Assembly (NCBI RefSeq): GCF_001194135.2 | Contig: NC_068982.1 | Location: forward strand, 12,492,633 to 12,556,632 | Source: Octopus bimaculoides | Taxonomy: Eukaryota | Reading direction: 5' to 3' | DNA length: 64,000 nt | Shown: in pieces, positions 1-11,590 of the stretch | Layout: the number at the start of each line of letters is the position of its first letter | Numbering within the stretch: position 1 is the first letter of the stretch | The notes under the pieces: generated by a model | The model's input: the letters and a program-made list of their open reading frames with translations, nothing else | Told to the model about the DNA's origin: nothing | Database searches by the model: none | Position numbers and translations under genes: made by a program

Positions 1-105
1 AAACAGAATAAGTCCAGAGATCAATTTGCTCAACTAAATAAAAAAAGAAATACTTCAAGGTGGTGCCCCAGCATGGGCTGCAGTCTAATGACTGAAACAA
101 GCAAC
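1..105 (+). mobile_element. 3' module of bipartite CORE-like tRNA-SINE (cut by window edge)
   Basis: Matches the 3' module of the copy at 3530-3935 (gaataagtcc..tcgatttgctc..ggtgctccagcatggcc..gactgaaacaag). Confidence 0.7.
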
Positions 106-976
106 ATGTATTAAGAAATCTAAACAGGGAAAAATGATGGAACTGACACTGAAGAATTTGCTGCAAAACATCCTGCAAGGAAATTTATTATACTAGATTA
201 AGCTTTGGAATAAGGCATATATATTAATATAATTCAAATTCCTTGATTTGTCATGAGTTCTAATACATATTTTATGAGTTCATTTCTCAGCACTCTGAAG
301 TAGGTATTTTGCTTTGTACATCTTTAATATGATTCTTGCATCTTAATTCTTCTGAAACCTCTGATTAATTTTCTTGTTTCATTCCGTACTTTGTTTTTCT
401 TTCGCTGCTTGCTGTTACATTTTAGAATTGTGGTTGAAGGAAATGTTTTTTTTCTTCTTTCTTTTTAACGTTGTCAATAGGCTGAAAGAGAACACTAACA
501 CAGTAATATTGATTTTAAATCTATCATAATAATAATAATAAAAAAAAAGAAAAACTGATTAGAAGAGAGAATAATGCTAGCTTTGTTAATAGAAATGAAT
601 GAAATGGCTTTATGTCCTTTACCGTTCCATGATTGGCAGGTGATATGTTCTCACTGATTAAAGTCATTCATTACATTGCTTTTGTCTAGCCTTGCTTTTT
701 TTTAAAAAAATACTTTGTTGACGTTTTTGTTTTCACTTTTTTTTGTTGGTTGTTGTGGTTGCTTGGCTCCAGGTTGGTTCTAACTGAGCAGATCTATGAT
801 TAAAAGAGCTCCTACCATGATTATACCATATTTATTTTTCAAAACATCATATATCTAATAGCAAACTAACCATTGCAGTAAGGTATAATTTAAGCGAAAT
901 TTGCTTGCTATATTTAGCAGGTCAAGAGGCCACGTAGAGGCTCCCTTGCTTTGTTATTATTATTTAGTCCCTTATT

Positions 977-1121
977 CTGAGTTCAAACTCCACTGAGGTC
1001 GACTTTGCCTTTCATCCTTTTGGGGTCGATAAATTAAGCACCAGTTGAGTACTGAGGTCAATGTAATCGACTTGACACCTCCCACCAAAATTTGAGGCCT
1101 TGTGCCTATAGTAGAAAGGAT
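977..1121 (+). mobile_element. 5'-truncated Nin-domain SINE with TSD
   Basis: Core ttctgagttcaaa..gaggtcgactttgcctttcatcctttt ggggtcgataaattaagcaccag. Flanked by a near-identical ttattta(g/a)tcccttatt duplication. Confidence 0.8.
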
Positions 1122-1671
1122 TTATTTAATCCCTTATTAAGCCCCATTGATGAAAGGCATTCTTAACAATGACTATCCCATCTTTTTATTATGTACAGAG
1201 AAAACAGGACTGTATCCAGTGTGTCTTATTCTAAAATGGTAAGATGTAATGATTTGAAGGAATTTGACTGCTTTTTGAAGCAGTTAAACCTCTATTAAGA
1301 CACTCTCTCGATGGCTTGTCCTTTGTATTGTATTTTCTGTTGGTATTTAAGATGGTGAACTGGTATAATCATTACATTAGACAACATATTCAGTTGTATT
1401 TCTTCAGTCTCTTTTACTAAGGATGACTTCGGGGTTAATAGAATAAATACCAGATGGGCACTGGGGACCATGTAATCAACTTTCCATTTCTCTCACAATT
1501 GCTGGCCTTGTCCCAAAATTAGAAACCCTTATTTATCCATGATAATTGTTTATTTTTTTTTTTTATCATTGTTGTTGCTAATGAATTTAACAAATTGTCT
1601 GTTCTTTGCAATGAAATTCTGTCGTTTTATCATAAGTATATTATACAGGATTTGTAGCTGAGGCTTTACAC

Positions 1672-1740
1672 CAGCATTTCTCAACCAGGATTCCTTGGAA
1701 CCCTACGGTTCTGGCAAAGGTTTCTAGGGGGTCCACAAGA
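1672..1740 (+). mobile_element. 5' end of hAT-type MITE (partial)
   Basis: cagcatttctcaacc..ggggtccac resembles the termini of the element at 12335-12663. Confidence 0.4.
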
Positions 1741-1829
1741 AAGAGTGAGATAGACTAATGCTAATTTCATAATCGTAATATTACTATTCATACACAACAT
1801 ATTATTGGTTATTGTAATATTGTAATATT

Positions 1830-1881
<52 letters not shown>

Positions 1882-2558
1882 NNNNNNNNNNNNNNNNNNN
1901 NNNNNNNNNNNNNNNNNNNNNNNNNNNNNNNNNNNNNNNNNNNNNNNNNNNNNNNNNNNNNNNNNNNNNNNNNNNNNNNNNNNNNNNNNNNNNNNNNNNN
2001 NNNNNNNNNNNNNNNNNNNNNNNNNNNNNNNNNNNNNNNNNNNNNNNNNNNNNNNNNNNNNNNNNNNNNNNNNNNNNNNNNNNNNNNNNNNNNNNNNNNN
2101 NNNNNNNNNNNNNNNNNNNNNNNNNNNNNNNNNNNNNNNNNNNNNNNNNNNNNNNNNNNNNNNNNNNNNNNNNNNNNNNNNNNNNNNNNNNNNNNNNNNN
2201 NNNNNNNNNNNNNNNNNNNNNNNNNNNNNNNNNNNNNNNNNNNNNNNNNNNNNNNNNNNNNNNNNNNNNNNNNNNNNNNNNNNNNNNNNNNNNNNNNNNN
2301 NNNNNNNNNNNNNNNNNNNNNNNNNNNNNNNNNNNNNNNNNNNNNNNNNNNNNNNNNNNNNNNNNNNNNNNNNNNNNNNNNNNNNNNNNNNNNNNNNNNN
2401 NNNNNNNNNNNNNNNNNNNNNNNNNNNNNNNNNNNNNNNNNNNNNNNNNNNNNNNNNNNNNNNNNNNNNNNNNNNNNNNNNNNNNNNNNNNNNNNNNNNN
2501 NNNNNNNNNNNNNNNNNNNNNNNNNNNNNNNNNNNNNNNNNNNNNNNNNNNNNNNNNN
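1882..2558. other. Assembly gap (N run) next to (TA)n
   Basis: N run. Other gaps: 9875-9969, 16294-16481, 25695-25866, 31833-31842, 47869-48230, 54196-54205. Confidence 0.99.
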
Positions 2559-2764
2559 AAACTCTTCATTAAATTTACATCACTGAATTCCAAATATATC
2601 TTATTAGAAATCAACCCTTCTTTTATTCATTCCTAGATGCTGAATAAATATTTCAGACGTCAATGTCATCTTACACAAATATATTTTATTATATATGAAT
2701 CCTTTTCATTTCTCTTAAGATAACAAGAAATAAATTGAATAAGAAATATCATTGAGAGGTTTAC

Positions 2765-2913
2765 TTGAATCTTTAAATAAATAAAGTTGTAGCTTGGAAA
2801 CATTTGCAGTTCAAATTGACTGGAAATATTAGGTATCCCCTGTGAAAATTTTAGTGAAAGATCTGTATGGCAAAAGGAAACAACAATGGAGATTATCAGC
2901 AAAATATTAATAC
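2765..2913 (-). CDS. Candidate internal exon of an unidentified gene (INILLIISIVVSFCHTDLSLKFSQGIPNISSQFELQMFPSYNFIYLKIQ)
   Basis: Strong polypyrimidine acceptor (ttttctctctctctttag), donor CAA|gtaaac, open frame in phase 1 to 0. All plus-strand frames are closed. No homologue recognised. Confidence 0.3.
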
Positions 2914-3456
2914 CTAAAGAGAGAGAGAAAAAAAATCAATCTTTATCATAATTATTATTCAAGCACAGAAACACATGAGCTGATTGAAAAAATAAAGAAT
3001 TCAAAAATAATAATACAAACTAATACTCTGCATTGCTTTCCTTTCTTAATAAATTATGTGAATAAAAGCAGGTGTTATTATGTGAAATTATGTTTCAGCA
3101 TAGAATGCATAAGGAAATAGTTTAAATCATTTTTGTCATTCTAGTAACTCATGTTTATATTAACTAGCAAAGGATAATGAACAAAAATATTTAAAATCTT
3201 TTTAAATCTAAATTTCAACTTTAGACCCTGCAAAGATTCACAGATGGAGAATAGATTTTGAAATGGTAATGTGTGTATATAAAAGGAAAATAATATAATT
3301 TATATTTGGACATTAGTAATTCTATCATCAGACTCTACTGACAATATAAAAATTACACACACACACACACACAGAGTAAAATCTATTTCCCAACGTAAAA
3401 TGGCAGTCTTGATTAGGATGATGTTACTACCTTTTCTCTCACTTGTTTTCCTCTTC

Positions 3457-3499
<43 letters not shown>

Positions 3500-3529
3500 T
3501 ACACGCACATATATTTTTGTTGTGTTATA

Positions 3530-3935
3530 AGCGTAGGAGTGGCTGTGTGGTAAGTAGCTTGCTTATCAACCACATGGTTCCAGGTTCAGTCCCTCTGCGT
3601 GGCACCTTAGGCAAATGTCTTCAACTATAGCCTCGGGCTGACCAAAGCCTTGTGAGTGGATTTGGTAGACGGAAACTGAAAGAAGCCCATCGTATATATT
3701 TATATATATGTATATATGTATGTGTATGTATATGTTTGTGTGTCTATGTTTGTCCCCCCCAACATCACTTGACAACTGATGCTGGTGTGTTTATGTCCCT
3801 GTAACTTAGCGATTCGTCAAAAAGAGACTGATAGAATAAGTACTAGGCTTACAAAGAATAAGTCCTGGGGTCGATTTGCTCGACTAAAGGTGGTGCTCCA
3901 GCATGGCCACAGTCAAATGATTGAAGCAAGTAAAA
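3530..3935 (+). mobile_element. Bipartite tRNA-derived CORE-like SINE with internal microsatellite
   Basis: tRNA-like head with A/B boxes (tggctgtgtggtaag..ggttcagtccc), MIR/CORE-like ggcaccttaggcaaat, internal (TA/TG)n, then the conserved 3' module. Many copies in the window. Confidence 0.85.
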
Positions 3936-4139
3936 AAGTGATAAAAATATAGATTACAAATAATTAAAAGATATTCATTAGAAAGTAGATAAATCTCAGA
4001 ATTTTACCAAGATACACACAAATAGATAAACTGACAGAGAGTGAGAGAAACAGAGAGAAGGAGAAAAGAGAGAGAGAGTAATAGAAAAAAAAAACAGTGC
4101 CATTCTAAAGTATTTGATAATCCCATAAATTGAACCCAA

Positions 4140-4309
4140 TATCATCATCATCATCATCATCATCGTTTAACGTCCGCTTTCCATGCTAGCATGGGTTGAA
4201 CGATTTGACTGAGGACTGGTGAAACCGGATGGCAACACCAGGCTCCAATCTAAATTTGGCAGAGTTTCTACTCTGCCAAATTTAGATTGGAGCCTGGTGT
4301 TGCCATCCG
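4140..4309 (-). mobile_element. Young RTE 3' tail with terminal inverted duplication
   Basis: (ATC)n plus gtttaacgtccgctttccatgctagcatgggtt, the same tail as the RTE ends at 36115-37210 and 47680-48510. Perfect 39-bp inverted repeat at 4226-4264 / 4271-4309. Confidence 0.85.
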
Positions 4310-4544
4310 AGATAAACCAGAAGGATAAAGGAGGAAATGTTTCCTACTTGTAGCATAAAATAGCATAGTACAGATTATCAAAGTGTAGCATTGCAGTATC
4401 CACAGTGACCAGGAATAAAATATGATTTGATAAAACAAAAATCAATCTGATTACACAGATGAGATATAGATTATGAGATAATTGTCTCTATATAGTTGTT
4501 AAAAATAACTAAACAATACTAACCAGCTCAGTTGACAGTATATG

Positions 4545-4734
4545 TACACAGAGGTGCTGAAAAGTTGCTGAAAGGCCCAACGTTTCAAGTTATTTTACAG
4601 GGCTTAGAAAGCCTAAAGGATTGCTGCAATAAGTGTGAATCTGGGAGGGGAATGTGTTGAATAAAATCATAATTAACTGATCCTCCTGTATTTTCTTTTA
4701 CCCAAAATCAGGAACTTTTCAGCAGCCCCTCATA
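4545..4734 (+). mobile_element. Mariner-derived MITE
   Basis: TIRs gagg..tgctgaaaagtt / aacttttcagcagcccctca. The interior retains a transposase C-terminus-like peptide (YFTGLE.LKDCCNKC.NLGGECVE*). Confidence 0.75.
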
Positions 4735-5240
4735 TCTATGTGTGTATTTCAGGTCATTTCTAGTGCTGTTGGTAATATGTAACACAATAGAACCAGTCAC
4801 CATTGTTTTTAATTAATGATAATTGGGCTGTCAATGAGTAAACAACCCTACCACGCTTGCTTAGCAAGGAGAGTGATTTTCATTGGACACCCCGAAAGAT
4901 GTAAAACAAAACATCTCAAAGGACAGATGAACTCAGCACAGTCAATGACCACCCAAGAACTGGGAGTGAGAGGATCCCCTAATCTTTGTTTAGACATCTC
5001 TGTAGATGTCTAAACAAAGATCTTGCCCTCACTTGTTTCTGGATGACTTGGTTTTGCAGCTGAGTCATCATCATCATCGTTTAACGTCTGCCTTCCATGC
5101 TGGCATCGGTTGGAATCTTAGCATTATTGTGCAAGTTGTTATTAACCTGTAATTTCAGCATTGGTGTTGCTGACAGATTATTGCTTTTGATATCTAGGAC
5201 AAGATAATTTTGTCAGCAATAGTCATAGTCGTCAAGTGAA

Positions 5241-5560
5241 GGCTCGTGGCTTAGTGGTTAGTGCATTTGGCTCATGATCATAAGGTCGTGAGTTCAATTC
5301 CCGGCGACGTGTTGTGTCCTTGAGCAGGACACTTTATTTCACCTTGCTCCAGTCCACTCAGCTGGCAAAAATGAGTAGTACCTGTATTTCAAAGGGCCAG
5401 CCTTGTCACACTCTGTGTCATGCTGAATCTCCCTGAGAACTACGTTAGGGGTACACGTGTCTGTGGATTGCTCAGCCACTTCCATGTTAATTTCATGAGC
5501 AAGCTGTTCCGTTGATCATATCAGCTGGGACCCTCATCCTCGTAACCGATGGTGTGCTCC
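5241..5560 (+). mobile_element. tRNA-derived SINE (CORE-like middle, distinct 3' tail)
   Basis: A box tggcttagtgg, B box gttcaattc, then tgtgtccttgagcaggacac. The tail gtatttcaaagggccagcc..ccgatgg recurs at 28500-28680 (+) and 55125-55290 (-). Confidence 0.8.
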
Positions 5561-5667
5561 TCCTGTGCTCCTCATAGTCGTCAACAAGCTGACAGCTACC
5601 GTGTATGTATGCATGTATGTATGTATGTATGTGTGTATGTATGTATGTATGTATGTATGTCTCTTCT

Positions 5668-5880
5668 ATTTTTTAATTATTATAAATCTTCCACTGAGGA
5701 GGGCGCCAGTTTCCAACAAAGATACAAGACTCCATCTTTGGGATGTAGTAAAACATAGACAAATTCACATTTGGAACTTGAGAAAAGTCTTGCATATTTT
5801 TACTGTTCCACTCACAGATTGCACTTGTAATGTACGAATCAGCTGGTCGATTTCCCTTTCTGAAAATCCCAGTTTATCTA
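5668..5880 (-). mobile_element. R4/Dong-clade LINE 3' end remnant
   Basis: Peptide DKLGFSEREIDQLIRTLQVQSVSGTVKICKTFLKFQM* aligns by eye with the end of the 17765-18205 fragment. Confidence 0.75.
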
Positions 5881-6589
5881 TGCTTGTATGTATGTGTGTG
5901 TGTGTATATGTATGTCTATATATGCATGTATGTATGTATGTATGTATGTTATGCATGTATGTATGTATGTATGTATAGTTGTATATATATGCAGGCATGT
6001 ACATGTTCGTGTGTGTTTCTGTGTGTATGTACGTTCATTCAGTTATAATTGCTGGCTGATGACCATGTACACAGGCAAAACCCCAGAGCAGCACAAGCCT
6101 AATCCAACTAAAATAGAAACATCACATACATACATACAAACACGTGCATGCCCACACACACATGCATGCGCACACACACATGTATGCACTCATGCACATG
6201 CACACATGCACACACACATGCACACACATACACACACACACAAACACACACACACGGACGTGTGCACACACAGCGGTGCTACACATATAGACTAAGAAAG
6301 GGAAAATACAAAGAAAGGATGGTGATGAAGAGGGAGTGGAGTTTATGTGATTCCATAATTCTTGAATCTTAAAAATTTATCTAAAAGTGGGTGGTCATTG
6401 AAAATTTCAGAATTATAATAGTGTTTGCAGAATGCTAAATAGTTAATGAATTTCATAAGCTACATCAACTTCGTCATAATATTCTTCCTCATTTACTCAT
6501 AACCTTTCCCTTATTTCTCCTCCTCCTCTTTCTCCTCTTCCGCTTCCCCTCCTTCGCCTTACTTTCCCATCTTCCCCATTATCACCATG

Positions 6590-6985
6590 GACATCACCAG
6601 TGCCAGTGGAATGTAAAAAGCACCATCCAAGCATGGTTGATACCAGTGCTGGCTAACTGGTCCCATGCTGGTGGCATGTAAAAAGCACCATTTGAATGTG
6701 GTCATTGCCAGTTCCAACTGACTGGCTCCCATGTTAGCGGCACATAAAATGCAACATTCGAGAATGGTCATTACCAGTACTGTCTGACTGGCCCTCATGT
6801 CGTTGGCACATAAAAGCACCCACTACACTCTCAGAGTGGCTGGTGTTAGGAAGGGCATCCAGCAGTAGAAACTTTGCCAGATCGGATTGGAGCCTGGTGT
6901 AGCCATCTGGTTTCACCAGTCATCAGTCAAACCATCCAACCCATGCCAGCATGGAAAGCGGATGTTAAACAACGATAATAATGAT
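6590..6985 (+). mobile_element. RTE 3' UTR and tail with about four ~64-bp tandem units
   Basis: aaaagcacc motif near 6616, 6680, 6743 and 6810, followed by the standard RTE tail ending ggatgttaaac..gataatgat. Confidence 0.8.
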
Positions 6986-7957
6986 AATATAGAAGATATA
7001 CTGATTCTTTTCTTTTTTACACCATTGTTGTCCTTCGTTTATCATGTTAGCAGTTGACTCAGTTTGCACTGCATGAAGTGTGAATTTCCCATAAGTTTAC
7101 CAAAAATATTGCTAAATCTTTTGAATGCATCAGTCTTAATGCACACAGATTATTGAATGTCAACCTTTTCTATTATTATTTTTATGGATATGCTTGTTGC
7201 TATCTGCATTTCATCTTACTATCTCATTTCAACATCTTTTGCTTCCAATCATTTTTCCTGGTTCTTGACAATACTATTCATTATCTTTTGTACGAATGAA
7301 TCTCTTCTTTTTATAAAATTAATATTGAACATAGAAGTATTTCCAGTTCCTATCGTTGATATATTCAATTTTGTTCTTAATTCTTTCTGAGTTATTCAAT
7401 TTCTATCATACTTTCACACTTTTATCTTGTCATGTGAGTATTTCTTTATTATATTAATATAATGACAATTAAAATTGTAAATTTAATTGTAAACTCTAAT
7501 ACAAATATGTTAGTGATTTTAAATATCTTGAATCCTCCTTGATTTTTAAGAAGCTTTAGAAAGGTAGAAGTGCTTATAATAACTTACCACTGTTATCATT
7601 TAAAACTTCTTGAAAAATTCATTCAAAATCAATGTCTTATTTTCCATCTTTCTTTAATTTATTATTAGGAAATATATATACTAAAGTTTTAAAAGACTTC
7701 TTATTAATTTTCTTTTTATTCCTTTATTTAATGGTTTCAAATAACTATCTTGGAATCGTTCCCATTGATTGTTCTTGTACTGTAGATATTATACAATCAC
7801 TGCATAGCAATTCTTATGCCAAAAATAGTTTACATTAATAACTATACATCAATGAAGAATAGGATGATAGAAAAAGCGGTAAGTTGAAGTAAAGCTTAAA
7901 AAGAAAAAAAAGAAAAGAAAAAAACCCCAGCTAATGCATGATATTTATTAGATTTAC

Positions 7958-8082
7958 AGATAACTGATTTCTGAATAGTTTTGTGAGCAAAATCAATTAG
8001 AGTGAAAGGTATGGCAGATAAGCATTCAATTAAAAGAATTCTGAAACAATGGTTGTGAAAAATATCAAAGAAAACCAAAGAA
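7958..8082 (-). CDS. Candidate exon (SLVFFDIFHNHCFRILLIECLSAIPFTLIDFAHKTIQKSVI)
   Basis: Acceptor cttattttagctttacag, donor T|gtaaat. Phase 2 to 1, compatible with 8552-8597 upstream and 2765-2913 downstream. Confidence 0.25.
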
Positions 8083-8551
8083 CTGTAAAGCTAAAATAAG
8101 TACAGTTCTAGAATATAACAGAATTGAAAGGAAACAGAGGAAACAAAAACAAACTGGAATGATTAAAAACTAGGATTTGATAAGAAATTTAAATTTTATT
8201 GAATATTGTTGTTCTTCAAGGCTTCATCAGCAATCTTTTGTCAGCTTGAGTATTCACATTCAAAACAATAGACTCATGACAAATCAATTACATTATTTCT
8301 TCTGTGTTTTTTTTTAACCTCCAAAATAGCTTTTCAATGTTCACATATCCTTCAGCAATAAAAAAGAATCAATGTTCTTATTTGAAGAAAAAATATATTT
8401 AATTAGACTGATACATTTAATTCAGTGGAATTCCAATATTTTGTAGTTTGAAAAATGAACCAAATCCTTCAACTACATTAAGATTAATTGTGTCATTTAA
8501 TGCTTTTTTTTTTTTAAATAAACTTTAAAACGGTAAAACTAATTAACTTAC

Positions 8552-8597
8552 TTGATCAAATTCCTGGCAATGATATTACTTGTACAAAACCCGAAAA
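8552..8597 (-). CDS. Candidate exon (FGFCTSNIIARNLI)
   Basis: Donor CAA|gtaagt, AG acceptor, phase 1 to 2. Short, so it could be chance. Confidence 0.2.
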
Positions 8598-9239
8598 CTG
8601 CTTTCAATAAATTAATTTCAATATAGGATAGAATTTTTTTTTTCTCTGTATTTGTCAGAAAAGGAAGCATTTACAATTTATTTTGGATAATTCCTTGTTA
8701 ATAACAGTGCCATAAATCAATCAGTTAATAAAGAAAATTATTGCATATCTACAGTTTGTTACATATTTATGATATATTCAATAGAATAGTTTAAAAAATA
8801 TCTAATTCAAAGCTTTGAAGCAAAGATTTTATCTGCATTTGCATTTAACAGATCTTCCTTATATGGAAAGTAGGTGAGAGATTGATTGATTATTCCTTCC
8901 ATTTAATTTCCTTATAATGCTCCTCCACAACATTATCAATCCTCATTTCAAAATGATAAATCACAAGAAACATTCCTTTTATTGATGGCTTTGATTAGTT
9001 ACCCTAAAATTTCCTTTACTTTTGATGAGATGAGATATAAAATATTTTTTAATAAAGGAAATTTTGTATCTATAGCCTGTAGGACATTTTCTCCTAAAAA
9101 TGAAAGAGTTGATAGTTTCATACGTTTATTATTTTTTTAATAATGTGTTTATGTCAGAAGGGAAAGGCAATTATTTTTACAGTTTATGTTGCTGTTATGA
9201 TTCTTGTTGTTCATCATGAATATCTAATTAGACAGATAT

Positions 9240-9874
9240 TTTGCTAGATATCTGTCACACAAATTGAGGGTAGCCCATCTCCATTCTAATTTTGACCATC
9301 TAATCCAGCTTGTCTCCAGAGAAAGGATGAAATTATGCCAACAATCAAAACAGGGTAAGTTCAGAATTCCTACATGACACACAAATAAATAACCTGTGAC
9401 CTTCATCACTCCATCTCAAATTCAAATACAGAAGTTACCTGGTTTTAGAAATGTTTCATTTATTGTTAACAAAGCTGGGAATAACATATGGTATTCAAAC
9501 TACTTCATAAAATCCCCACACTGCAAAGATCACATCACAGAAGATCGAAAAGCTTGGTTGGGAAAAAATTCCCCATTCACCTTATTCTCCCCACCTTGCT
9601 CCTTCAGACTACCATTTGTTTTTTAGTTTACAAAATCATTTGGGGGACATAACTTTCACAAGCCAGGAAGAGGTCGAAACTGACAATTCAGAGTTCTTCA
9701 CTTTGAAACCAAAAGAGTTTTACATTGATGGGATTAAAAAGCTTGTAAATAGATGGAAGGAAATTATATATAATCAGGGAAAGTACATTGATGATTAAAT
9801 TTCAATTAAATATAACATTTGATCACTTATTTTCTTTATTCAAAATTTGGACAGAATTTATGGGATGACCTGAT
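9240..9874 (+). mobile_element. Decayed mariner transposase and 3' TIR
   Basis: PHTAKITSQKIEKLGWEKIPHSPYSPHLAPSDYHLFFSLQNHL..FYIDGIKKLVNRWKEIIYNQGKYIDD* (YSPDLAPSD-type motif). TIR-like ggacagaatttatgggatgacctga just before the gap. Confidence 0.9.
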
Positions 9875-9969
9875 NNNNNNNNNNNNNNNNNNNNNNNNNN
9901 NNNNNNNNNNNNNNNNNNNNNNNNNNNNNNNNNNNNNNNNNNNNNNNNNNNNNNNNNNNNNNNNNNNNN

Positions 9970-10003
<34 letters not shown>

Positions 10004-10162
10004 CATACATATGTATAGTAATGTATAATTATATCTAACATGCTCATGTCCACTCAAATATGAAAGGGCAATGCATTGCATAAATTATCTCAAGAGAAGA
10101 GTCTTCTTATAGACAACACAGGTATAAACACACCACTAATCCATAAATGATGTCACTGGACC

Positions 10163-10205
10163 ATAGGACTCGTGTATTTCTGCATCATTATACATCATCA
10201 GCTAC
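10163..10205 (-). ncRNA. Minimal type-I hammerhead ribozyme motif with intact core
   Basis: Minus strand reads GTAG CTGATGA TGTA taatga TGCA GAAA T acacga G T C CTAT, giving stems I, II and III and all core nucleotides. Confidence 0.55.
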
Positions 10206-10539
10206 ATATACTAAGCTCTCATTTCTGGTCACTCTAATATTAGAACAGCAAATAGTACACTTGCTGGTGCGTGAAGTAATTTTTTTTCTTTTCATTTATT
10301 TGTCTGTTTTTTTCCCATGCTAACATGGGTAAGGTATATAAATTATCAACACATTGTTTTAACAGCTTGATATCCTTCCTCTCACTAACCCTCATCTATT
10401 TTCCAAATAAGAGGGGTCTCTTATTTCACACATCTATGAAAGTGCAATGCCACTAGACAAGTTATTAACAGAAATATGACCAACAACATTGCTTGCTTGG
10501 AGGGACTTCTGTAAAATGCTAGTGTAAACAAACACACAA

Positions 10540-10755
10540 ATGTAAAGTCACACATTCACACACACATATGTACACATATGCATGCACACACACATATAAG
10601 CATATATAAAGGGCTTCTTTCAGTTTCTGTTTACCAGATTCACTGTGAAGGCTTTGATTATCACAGAGCTATAATAGGTGACAACTTAAGTAAGTGGAAC
10701 TGAACCTGAGACCATGTGATTGGGAAGTGAACTTCTTAACCACAGACATGCCTGA
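10540..10755 (-). mobile_element. CORE-like SINE head module
   Basis: Reverse complement of the 3530 head (gggcttctttcagtttc..accatgtgattgggaagtgaacttcttaaccacag). Confidence 0.7.
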
Positions 10756-10764
10756 TATAATAAT

Positions 10765-10955
10765 GGTTTCAAATTTTGTCACAAGGACAGCCATTTTGGG
10801 GTAGAGGGTGTGTCAATTACATCGACCACAGTGTTTGACTGGCACTTAATTCATCGACCCCGAAAGGATGAAAGGCAAAGTTGACCTCAGCAGAATTTGA
10901 ACTCAGAACATAGCGACTGGCAAAATACTGGCAAAAGACTGGCAAAATGAATCTG
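10765..10955 (-). mobile_element. Nin-domain SINE
   Basis: tcgaccccgaaaggatgaaaggcaaagttgacctcagcagaatttgaactcagaa is the reverse complement of the Nin core. Confidence 0.8.
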
Positions 10956-11299
10956 CCAGCTTGCCCCCTTATTGCCTGATATGATAATACCTTGGCTAGT
11001 ACCCTAGCTTTATTCCTAAAAAATTGCACTGCTAAATGAACCACTACTACATAAGGGCATTACAGCACGGCACATACAGAGCTATGAGTTTCATAGATTA
11101 TTTTTAACCATAGTACAAACACAAATGAATGTGATGAACATCCTTGAACAACTGAAAAATCCAGAGACTTGCAGCTTTTAATCGCTTGATAACTTTAGCT
11201 AACTTCACAGAATGTGATATTACGCACTGTAATCTTAACTTACGTTAAAATTAGAAACGAAAATTCAAAGACTCCTTGTCCATCTATGTAGGAAGCATT

Positions 11300-11590
11300 T
11301 TTTATTCTTTATTCTTTTACTTGTTTCAGTTATTTAACTTCGGCCACGTTGGAGCACCACCTTTTAGTTGAAAAACTTAACCCCGGGCGTTGTGTGTGTT
11401 TATTGAGTGAAAACACCTAAAGCTCTACGAGGTTCCGGCAGGGGGTGGTGGCGACCACTGTTGTACTCTTTCGCCCCAACTTTCTCTCATTCTTCAAGTC
11501 CAGCTGGGGAGAACACATACACCATAGAAACTGGGAAACCGGGCCCATGAGCCTGGCTAGGCTTTAAAAGGGTGCATGAAAAAAAAAAAA
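11300..11590. mobile_element. Adjacent SINE fragments (CORE-like 3' module on minus; poly(A)-ended SINE tail on plus)
   Basis: The first part is the reverse complement of the 3' module. The second shares catagaaactgggaaac with 27285-27505 and ends in an A-run. Confidence 0.5.

Noticed and set aside
1802-2614. Long ORF-track entries containing X runs (also 15884-16558, 25571-26002, 47751-48513)
   Set aside because: They are open only because they cross N gaps.
3530-3610. tRNA genes at SINE heads (also 5241, 49000, 61000)
   Set aside because: A/B boxes are present, but no complete cloverleaf forms and each continues into a SINE body or arm.
4206-4232. CTGAGGA ctggt GAAAC in the antisense RTE tail as a hammerhead
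   Set aside because: Only 5 nt lie between the core halves, so stem II cannot form. The similar hits at 43020 and 54565 fail for the same reason.
5565-6372. ORFs rich in YI, CV, HT, MYVC, RE, SL, poly-N, poly-I or poly-D here and throughout
   Set aside because: These are translations of microsatellites, not genes.
9251-9354. Plus-strand exon with CAGG|gtaagt donor (YLSHKLRVAHLHSNFDHLIQL..)
   Set aside because: It resembles the mariner N-terminal HTH region and sits directly upstream of the mariner remnant, so it is more simply read as transposase.
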